This document shows, piece after piece, positions 1-7,271 of a stretch of 64,000 bases of DNA. Under the pieces are notes generated by a model. That model had not been told where the DNA came from. It saw only the letters and a list, made by a program, of their open reading frames with translations, and did not search any database. Each line of letters begins with the position of its first letter. Position 1 is the stretch's first letter. The stretch comes from Candidatus Krumholzibacteriota bacterium (GTDB lineage Bacteria; Krumholzibacteriota; Krumholzibacteriia; JAJRXK01). The position numbers and the translations under genes were made by a program. Location: assembly GCA_963806035.1 (NCBI GenBank), contig CAWDWO010000032.1:1-64000 (forward strand), in the 5' to 3' direction.

Positions 1-743
1 GCATCCCCGGTACCCCGCATGAGCTCCTGGTGCTGCAGGGACGACTGCATGCCTACGAAGGCCATGCGATGGAGGACGTACTCTTTCCCATCGCGACCCT
101 GCTCGCTCTCGGCGTGGAGGTCTTGGTACTGACCAATGCCGCGGGCGGCGCGATCCAGATGCGCGCGCGGGGGATCTGGTTGCGCTCACCGGACTGCTTG
201 GATGCACACGGCGACGCCCTGCGCGGCCTGGTCCTGCCGCCGGTGGTGGACTCGAACTCCTCCGGGAAAGGCAGCAAGGGCGGGACTCCGGCGGCCGCCG
301 GGAACTCAGCCGCTGCCGCTTCGCTTGGCCACGACGCGGAAATCCAACTGCGCGCCGCCACCCACAACGGACCCTTCGATCGCGAACTGGCCCTGCGCAT
401 GGTCGATGTCGGAGCCGCCACCGGCATTCCGGTGGCCACCGGGACTTACGTTTCCCTGTGGGGACCGAGCTACGAGACTCCCAAAGAAATCGGCTTCTAT
501 CGATCGATCGGAGCCTCGGCCATCGGCATGTCGACCGGTCCGGAGGCGGCCTTCGCTCAACGGCTGGGTGTGAAGGTGGTGGGCGTCTCCTGCATCACCA
601 ACGTCGCCCGCGAACACGGGGTGGAAGAGGTGTCGCACGAAGAGGTCATCGCGGTGGGCGCCGCGCGCCGGGAAGATTTCGCGCGCCTGCTCTTGGCCTT
701 CGCCAGCGACCTGTTCGCGGGGGGCTTCGGCGCCAACCCCTGA
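1..743 (+). CDS. punA: Purine-nucleoside phosphorylase (5'-truncated by window; probable compensated frameshift at ~150-200)
   Basis: Motifs LQGRLHAYEG, LTNAAGG, GPSYETPKE, GMSTGPE, SCITN and SHEEV of trimeric PNP/MTAP family. Confidence 0.88.
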   Translation, partial: IPGTPHELLVLQGRLHAYEGHAMEDVLFPIATLLALGVEVLVLTNAAGGAIQMRARGIWLRSPDCLDAHGDALRGLVLPPVVDSNSSGKGSKGGTPAAAGNSAAAASLGHDAEIQLRAATHNGPFDRELALRMVDVGAATGIPVATGTYVSLWGPSYETPKEIGFYRSIGASAIGMSTGPEAAFAQRLGVKVVGVSCITNVAREHGVEEVSHEEVIAVGAARREDFARLLLAFASDLFAGGFGANP

Positions 744-764
744 GATCCGCCCTCGGGTCTCGCC

Positions 765-938
765 GTCGTGCCGTGGGCTTCGCCGCCGCGACTTGGCGTG
801 GGCGCTTCGCCGCCGCGATCCCCGCCGCACTTGGGCTTGCCGCTGTCGTGCCGTGGGCTTCGCCGCCGCGACTTGGCGTGGGCGCTTCGCCGCCGCGACT
901 TGAGCTTGCCGCTGTCGTGCCGTGGGCTTCGCCGTCGC
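765..938. repeat. GC-rich intergenic direct repeats
   Basis: 765-818 equals 845-898; gtcgtgccgtgggcttcgccg at 765, 845 and 914. Confidence 0.85.
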
Positions 939-957
939 AAGGATGACGCTTCATCGC

Positions 958-1139
958 CGATTTTATCGCCGGCTATAAATTTCAAGTCCTTGGAAAAGAA
1001 GAAGATAGAGCTACGACCTTTGTGTACCCGGGTACACTGGTCCGGTGGCGTACCTGTCTACCCGGGCACACTGGTCGCGGTTCGGATCTGTCTACCCGGG
1101 TACACTCGTCCGGCGGCGAACCTGTCTACCCGGGTACAC
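958..1139. repeat. Palindrome plus 4x34-bp array module, copy 1
   Basis: cgattttatcgccggctataaa at 958-979; GT(G/C)TACCCGGG(T/C)ACAC at 1022, 1056, 1090 and 1124. Confidence 0.9.
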
Positions 1140-1232
1140 TCGCCTGTCAGCGGAAGCATCCATGTTCGGGGGTTGCGCAATCGCACCTGCGGCTGGACCG
1201 GGGGCGGCAGCAGAGCATCGGCCGTACCCTGG

Positions 1233-2582
1233 CTACTCTTCTTTCTCCTTCGCATCGTCCGAACGCGGGTTGGTGACCAGGGTCTTGCGCAGCAACTCTC
1301 CATCCCGATCGCGCACCCAGAGAATGAACTTCTTCAGTGGCGGCACGAAGAGCGTGGCCTTCTGCGTTCCCTCCAGCTCGCAGCGGTCCAGCGGAATCGC
1401 CTCGTCCGGCTCGTCCGGCACCCGCGCCTCGACCATACACCACTCGTCCTCCGCCTCGGGGACATCGACTCGAATCGCGTGCCGCAGGCCCCCCATACTC
1501 ATCCAGCTCGGTCGCCCATCCTCGTAATGCGTGCGCGGAGTGAAGACCTGGTAGTCGACGGCGAAATCAACCGGCGCGTAGGGCTTTCCGTTGGGATGAA
1601 ACAGGATCACGGCGCGGTCCTTCAAGAGCCCCGCCTTCAGGCAGGCGCGATAGGCGGGAGCCTCGTACTCGGCTTCGCTCCGTTCGCTCAGGCGCGTTTG
1701 ATCGACGGTGACCGGATCGATCCCGGTGAGTTGGCGGAAATACAGGGCCATGGGGGTGAAGCGCTCGCTCGCGCGCTCGAGCACGTGCGAGTAGCCAGCA
1801 TGCACGAGAATTTTCGCGCCCTGGTCCTGCGCGACCGTCGCCTGCGCGAGATTTCGCGCCTCGGTGAAGTCGCGGCGCTGTTGCGTGGTCATCGAATCGT
1901 CCCCCGCCTCCTCGCCCCGCATGCTCTCGTAGGGCACCAGGGTATAACCCAGACGTAGCGCCTCGCGCACGATCTCAGCAAAAACGGGATCCCGCAGGTA
2001 GGTGCCGGTCGCGGCCACGGGATAGGGCCGTTGGTTGAGCTCAGTATCCCGTGGATCGAAGGCTTCGGCCGCGAAATAGCGGAAGCCCTTGTCGCGCAGG
2101 ATGGGAAGCAGCGCGAGGGTCAGCAGACGATCCGAGGCCGCGTGATGACGCTCGTTGATCATGATCACCCGGGCGGTGTCCGCCACCGCGCTCAGAGTCT
2201 TGATCGCGTCGCGCGCCACGATGCCGACGGGCAGAGTCCCCACGGAATCGCGCGGGGCGAAGGCCGCATCCCAGGCCGCCAGCGCGGCAAAGTGATCGCC
2301 CACGTTGCATTCGAGGTAGGCGCGCAGCTGCGCATAGGCGCCCCACTGCGGGGTACCCCGATACTGGGCCTCGGCCTCGCGCAGTCGCAAAAGCGGCGCC
2401 CAGTAGGGTTCCCCCTCGGCCTGCCTGGCCAGTTGCCAGGCCGGAGTCAGCTCATCGCTCGCGGTCTTCTTCTTATGTGCTTCTCGTTCGGCGCGGTCCG
2501 TCGCAGTCGCGGGACTCGAGGCGGATGCGAGAACGAAGAGACAGAACGCACATGCACTCAACCACTGTCGTCGGATTTGCAA
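1233..2582 (-). CDS. Secreted hypothetical protein, possibly EreA/ChaN/TIKI-like fold; start uncertain
   Basis: Long ORF; signal-peptide-like segment after TTG 2582; INERHH and GFRYFAAEAF motifs. Confidence 0.6.
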   Translation of the reverse strand: MQIRRQWLSACAFCLFVLASASSPATATDRAEREAHKKKTASDELTPAWQLARQAEGEPYWAPLLRLREAEAQYRGTPQWGAYAQLRAYLECNVGDHFAALAAWDAAFAPRDSVGTLPVGIVARDAIKTLSAVADTARVIMINERHHAASDRLLTLALLPILRDKGFRYFAAEAFDPRDTELNQRPYPVAATGTYLRDPVFAEIVREALRLGYTLVPYESMRGEEAGDDSMTTQQRRDFTEARNLAQATVAQDQGAKILVHAGYSHVLERASERFTPMALYFRQLTGIDPVTVDQTRLSERSEAEYEAPAYRACLKAGLLKDRAVILFHPNGKPYAPVDFAVDYQVFTPRTHYEDGRPSWMSMGGLRHAIRVDVPEAEDEWCMVEARVPDEPDEAIPLDRCELEGTQKATLFVPPLKKFILWVRDRDGELLRKTLVTNPRSDDAKEKEE

Positions 2583-2635
2583 GAAAGTGGTCCTTTCGAA
2601 GTTCGAGCTGCTCGAGAGTCGATTCAAAAACCCGC

Positions 2636-3484
2636 TCAATCCGGATCCAGGCGGCGACGCACCGCGTCGGCCTCGATCTCGCTCTCGCGCCACAGGGATC
2701 GTCCCTCCATGCCACCGGCCACCGTGAGCACTTCGCCGCTCAAATGGCGCGCCAACAAGGGCGAGCTGAAAAAGGCCACGGCGCGCGCGATGTCCTCCGC
2801 GCGTGCGATCTGCCGCAGCGGCATGGTGCGCGCGATACCCTCGATTGCGGAGTCATCCTGCAAGGAATCCTCGGCCATGGGCGTGGCCGTCCATCCGGGT
2901 TCCACCATGTTCACGCGGCCGAAGGGATCGAGCTTGACGATCTCGTTCTTCAGAGTGCGCACGAGCCCGTACATCCCCGCTTTGCTCAGCGAATAATCAC
3001 AGTGCCCGGCCTCGCCGAAACGCCCCGCGGTGGAACCGATGAAGATCAAACTCGCGCCGTGACCGTCCTCGCGCGGTCCGCACTGGGCGAGGCTCGCCAG
3101 GAACGCGCGCGCGGTCCAGGTGGCGCCCAAGAGATCGACGTCCACCGTGTGGAGGATTCTTTCCTCGCTCATCTCGTGCAGGGGCAGGCTCTCCTCGGGC
3201 CAGATTCCCGCATTGGCCACGCACACGTCCACGCGTCCCCAGCGTTTGCAGGCCTGCGCGTGCACCTCCTTCAGCTCGCGCGGTTGGCGCACGTCGACTT
3301 TCGCCAGCAGCGCGCGCTCGCTCCACTTCTGCGCGGCAACCCATTCGCTGAGGCCGTCGAGCTGTGAATATGCGCACAGCACCAAGCGAGCACCCTCTTG
3401 GGCAAAACACTGCGCCAGCGCCCGGCCGATTCCGCCGGAGGCTCCGGTGATGCACACAACCTTTTCCTTCAACCCGCTTTCCAT
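2636..3484 (-). CDS. SDR family oxidoreductase
   Basis: TGASGGIG, NAG and YSLSK catalytic motif, PGW. Confidence 0.92.
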   Translation of the reverse strand: MESGLKEKVVCITGASGGIGRALAQCFAQEGARLVLCAYSQLDGLSEWVAAQKWSERALLAKVDVRQPRELKEVHAQACKRWGRVDVCVANAGIWPEESLPLHEMSEERILHTVDVDLLGATWTARAFLASLAQCGPREDGHGASLIFIGSTAGRFGEAGHCDYSLSKAGMYGLVRTLKNEIVKLDPFGRVNMVEPGWTATPMAEDSLQDDSAIEGIARTMPLRQIARAEDIARAVAFFSSPLLARHLSGEVLTVAGGMEGRSLWRESEIEADAVRRRLDPD

Positions 3485-3580
3485 CGCGATCACGCCCTTT
3501 CGCTATCACGCTCTTTCGGCCTGTGATTCTCTGCCGGACCGTTTCGAGAATCCAGCGAGAGATGGCTGCGAGGCTCCAAC

Positions 3581-3700
3581 GCCCCCGCTGCTACGCGCCG
3601 TGTCCATCGCTTCCCGCCGCAGCATCCGCCGCCGCCCCCGCTGCTACGCGCCGTACCCATCGCTTCCCGCCGCCGACTCCGCCGCCGACTCCGCTGCCGA
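3581..3700. repeat. Intergenic direct repeats
   Basis: ~40-bp unit at 3581 and 3634, followed by gccgactcc-like tandem units. Confidence 0.7.
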
Positions 3701-3872
3701 CTTTCCCGCGCCGGACGCCCCGCATCGATCGCGGCGGGCCGTCGACACCTCCGCGCAGCCGGAACGAATGTTTGAATTGCGTTAAGCGAACGTTTACTTG
3801 GGTGCCATAGTAAATCAGCTAAATTAAGGCCGAATTAGGCACTTAAGAGAAAACAAACGGGGAGCTCCGTAA

Positions 3873-3928
3873 AAAGTGAAGAATCGTTAACTTTCTCCTT
3901 GCCGGCGAAAATCACGGCTACCTAGTCT
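3873..3928 (+). promoter_or_regulatory. Putative TetR operator (imperfect palindrome) abutting a sigma70-like promoter
   Basis: aaagtgaagaatcgttaacttt at 3873-3894; TTGCCG (3899)-18 bp-TAGTCT (3923) in an AT-rich stretch upstream of the TetR gene. Confidence 0.35.
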
Positions 3929-3979
3929 GGATACGGTATTAGCAGATCGTTTCCTCTCCTTCTAACGAGGACCCCCACG

Positions 3980-4648
3980 ATGCCTGCGCCGTCCAAACTC
4001 TCCCGGCGGGACCAGATCCTGGAAGTCGCCCTGCAGCACTTCTCCCGCCATGGCTACGCCGGCACCTCGATGCGGCAGCTGGCGGAGGACGTGGGCATTA
4101 CCGCGGCCGCCATCTACCGGCACTTTCCCAGCAAACTCGACCTCTTCGAGAAGGCCGTGGAATCGCGTTCGCGCGGCTTGGCCATCAGCAGCTATCTGGA
4201 AACCCTCAGCTCTTTGGAATCGGTCGAAGACATCTTGCGTGCCACCTCGCTGCACTTGCTCTCCACCGCGCAGCAAGATCCCCAGCTTCTTCGTTTGCTC
4301 CTGATGACTTCGGCCACCGACGACGAAGCCGCCGCGAAGCTATTGCGCGAGTTTCGCATGCCCTACGTGAACTTTCTCGCCAAGGAATTCAAAAAGCGGA
4401 TCGAGAGCGGAGAACTTCGCAAGGTCGATCCCGGCATTACCGCGCGCTGTTACGTCGGCCTCGTAATTGGCTGCGCGGTCAATGCCGAGTTCTGGAACAG
4501 GCTCGAAGACGTCACTTACGAGACCCTCGACATCATCTGCAACAACGTACCGATTTTCGCGCGGGGCCTTTTGGCGGAAGTCCCCGAAGAGTCAGCAAAC
4601 CAAGAAAACAACTTCGCCGGCCGGGACGTGCCCAAGGCGGAGAGCTGA
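3980..4648 (+). CDS. TetR/AcrR family transcriptional regulator
   Basis: N-terminal HTH ILEVALQHFSRHGYAGTSMRQLAEDVGITAAAIYRHFPSK; SD gagga. Confidence 0.95.
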   Translation: MPAPSKLSRRDQILEVALQHFSRHGYAGTSMRQLAEDVGITAAAIYRHFPSKLDLFEKAVESRSRGLAISSYLETLSSLESVEDILRATSLHLLSTAQQDPQLLRLLLMTSATDDEAAAKLLREFRMPYVNFLAKEFKKRIESGELRKVDPGITARCYVGLVIGCAVNAEFWNRLEDVTYETLDIICNNVPIFARGLLAEVPEESANQENNFAGRDVPKAES

Positions 4649-4664
4649 GAAGGGAGCCATAGGA

Positions 4665-6023
4665 ATGGTTTCACGCAAGTACTTGTTCTGGCTTGCCGCC
4701 GGATCGCTGGCGCTGGGCGGCCTCTGGGGCTGCGGCAGCAGCGATTCGGGGGACGGCGGCGGTGGAGGGCCCGCCCTCCAAGTCGCCACCTGCCAGGGTT
4801 GCCATACGAACCAGGCCATGCTGATGGCCACCGCTCTTCCCGACACCCTCCCCGCAGACACGGGGGAGGGCTGAGGCGGATCGATCCCTCAGGTTGAGGG
4901 ATGGAAGAAAGTTTTGATCGATGGTACGGACGGCGCTGCCTTCTTGGCCAGCACGCACGGTTCCCTCGGCTGCATCTTCTGCCACGGAGGGCAGAACGGC
5001 GAGAACACCAAGGACGATGCACACGTTGGCCTCATTGCCGATCCCAGCGACGGCTCGACCAATACCTGTCTCGAGGCGAGCTGCCACGGAGCCAAAGGGA
5101 CCTACACCACAGCCATCCATTACACGCAAGCCGGTTACTACGCTCTCTTCGAAAAACGATCGGGGCAAAAGATCAGCGACAACCCGGCGTACATGGCGGG
5201 CTTCGGATCGGCCTGCGGGGGTTGTCACGTGAGTTGTGGCGATTGCCACATCTCCTCGCCGAAACCCGTGGGCGGCGGACTCGTGAAAGCACATCGCGTG
5301 AACCGCACTCCGGACATGTCCTTGAACTGCACGGCATGCCATGGATCGCGAATCGGAGACGAGTACTACGGCAACAATGACTATGCCGGAGCCGACTACC
5401 ACCGCGTTCCCTTGGCCATGACTTGCATGGATTGCCACGACGGCGCGGACATGCACGGCGATGGAAGCGCGACGCAATCACGCTACGAGGCGCCGGGACT
5501 GGCCAAATGCACGGACTGCCACGGTCCGACCACCGACGCCAACTGGAACAACATCTACCACACGACGCATCTGTCGCAGTTCGCCTGTCAGGTCTGCCAC
5601 AGCCAGAACTACAAGAGCTGCAACGGATGTCACGCGGGCGAGGGGATCACGGGTTCTTCCTATGAAACCTTCAAGATCGGTTACAACCCCAGGTCGGACA
5701 TCCGCTCGGAGAAGTACGTGGTTCTGCGCCACGTGCCGGTGGTGGACGATACCTACGCCGCTTGGGGTGTGAATACGCTGCCCAACTTCAGCAGCGAGCC
5801 GACCTGGAAGCTGGCCACGCCGCACAACATCCGGCGCCGCACCGATCGCACGCCGGACCCGGCGGTGACCGGAAAATCGTGCCTCGACGCGTGTCACAAC
5901 TCGTATCTCGGAGCGAAGGATTTCTTCCTCCGTGCTTCGGACCTGTCTGCTCTGCCCACCGCTGAGCAACAGGCGAATCAAGCTCTCGTGGTGCCCGACG
6001 GGGCGCCCAATTCATCCTGGTGA
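4665..6023 (+). CDS. Multiheme cytochrome c lipoprotein, putative selenoprotein (in-frame TGA at 4872-4874, residue 70 of 452)
   Basis: Lipobox LWGC; 9 CxxCH plus CX4CH and CX3CH; ORFs 4467-4874 and 4914-6023 are in the same frame with only the TGA as interruption; hairpin just downstream. Confidence 0.85.
4875..4902 (+). promoter_or_regulatory. Putative bacterial SECIS element
   Basis: Stem ATCCCTCA (4884-4891) / TGAGGGAT (4895-4902), GGT loop beginning 17 nt after the UGA. Confidence 0.75.
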
Positions 6024-6114
6024 TCGAGAGGATCACCATAGTGAGTGAGCGGGTCCCTTCAGGGGATGATCTTCGCGAGGGACTCGCTCATTGCAGACCA
6101 GGAAAGGAATGACC

Positions 6115-7191
6115 ATGAATCGCAGTCGTTGGAGCAAGCTGCTTCTCACAAGTATGATGATCCTCGTCTTCGCTTTCGTCGGTTGTAGCGACGACGACAA
6201 CGGAACGAATCCCCCGCCCGCGGCGGACGGCTTCTCGCTGGTTTCTCCCTATACCGACGCCTATCTGAGCACCTACGTGACGCCGAACCGTGGCCTGGGG
6301 GTCAACATCTCGGCTCAGGCGCTCTTCGACGCCAACTTCGGCAACGCCGATCCCGGAGACGATTACTTCATCGTCGACTGGCGCTCGCCGGCGGTCTACG
6401 CCAACGCGCACATTCAGGGCGCAGTGAACTGGTCGCTCTCGGAGATCATCGACCATGTCAACGCGGGGGACTTCCCCACCGACAAGGTGATCTGCAACGT
6501 ATGCTTTACCGGCCAGACGGCCAGCACCGCGACCGCCATCTTGAATCTCTTGGGAATCGACATGGGCTACGATGCCGTGAACCTGGTCTTCGGGATGAGC
6601 AGCTGGACCTCGAACACCGATTACATCGGCACCAACTACATGAGCAAAACCTCCAACGATTACAATACCTGGATGACTCCCGATCCCTGCGCCTGCAACG
6701 CTCCTAGTGGCTATCCGGCGCTGGGTACCGGGCTGGGCACGGGACTGGAAATTCTGAAGGCGCGCGCCGATGCCTACGTAAAGGGCAGCTACAACGAGTT
6801 CGGCACCGGCTGGAACTCGCGCGGGATTTCCAACGTGTACGACTCGATCGCGGCCGACGACGGAACTTGGTACGTGGTGAACTACTTCCCCACGGCCGAG
6901 TACAACGCGGGCCACATGCCCACCGCGGTCCAGTACGCACCCAAGGCGAGCCTGCAGACCGACAATACCCTGAACACCCTGCCCACTGACCAGAAGATCC
7001 TCGTCTATTGCTGGACGGGTCAGACCTCGGCGCAGGTGACGGTGGCTCTGAACATGCTGGGCTACCATGCCTACAGCATGGTCTACGGCGTGCAGTCGCT
7101 GTGCTACGAAAACGCGAGCGTCAACACGCATGCTTTCAACGTGGCTACCACCGACTATCCCTGCGAGGGCACGGGCGTGGGGACGAACTGA
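6115..7191 (+). CDS. Tandem rhodanese-domain (sulfurtransferase) lipoprotein
   Basis: Lipobox FVGC; domain 1 VDWRS...AHIQGAVN...CFTGQTA; domain 2 YNAGHMPTA...VYCWTGQTS; SD aaagga. Confidence 0.9.
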   Translation: MNRSRWSKLLLTSMMILVFAFVGCSDDDNGTNPPPAADGFSLVSPYTDAYLSTYVTPNRGLGVNISAQALFDANFGNADPGDDYFIVDWRSPAVYANAHIQGAVNWSLSEIIDHVNAGDFPTDKVICNVCFTGQTASTATAILNLLGIDMGYDAVNLVFGMSSWTSNTDYIGTNYMSKTSNDYNTWMTPDPCACNAPSGYPALGTGLGTGLEILKARADAYVKGSYNEFGTGWNSRGISNVYDSIAADDGTWYVVNYFPTAEYNAGHMPTAVQYAPKASLQTDNTLNTLPTDQKILVYCWTGQTSAQVTVALNMLGYHAYSMVYGVQSLCYENASVNTHAFNVATTDYPCEGTGVGTN

Positions 7192-7233
7192 GAGGGTCCG
7201 CGGCGCCCGTCAGCGCGATGCGCTGAAGCGAGG

Positions 7234-7271
7234 AGAGGCCGGTCACTTCAAGTGGCCGGCCTCTTTGTGTT
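7234..7271. terminator. Intrinsic terminator between convergent rhodanese gene and topA
   Basis: agaggccggtcact-tca-agtggccggcctct followed by ttgtgtt. Confidence 0.8.

Noticed and set aside
1022..1139. CRISPR array (also 48954-49071)
   Set aside because: Repeats are only 16 bp, the 18-nt spacers resemble each other, and there are no cas genes in the window
768..1958. 396-aa plus-strand ORF
   Set aside because: Made of translated repeats plus the antisense of the 1233-2582 gene
4914..6023. Independent cytochrome gene starting at TTG 4914
   Set aside because: No signal peptide or clear SD; better explained as the continuation of 4665 through UGA
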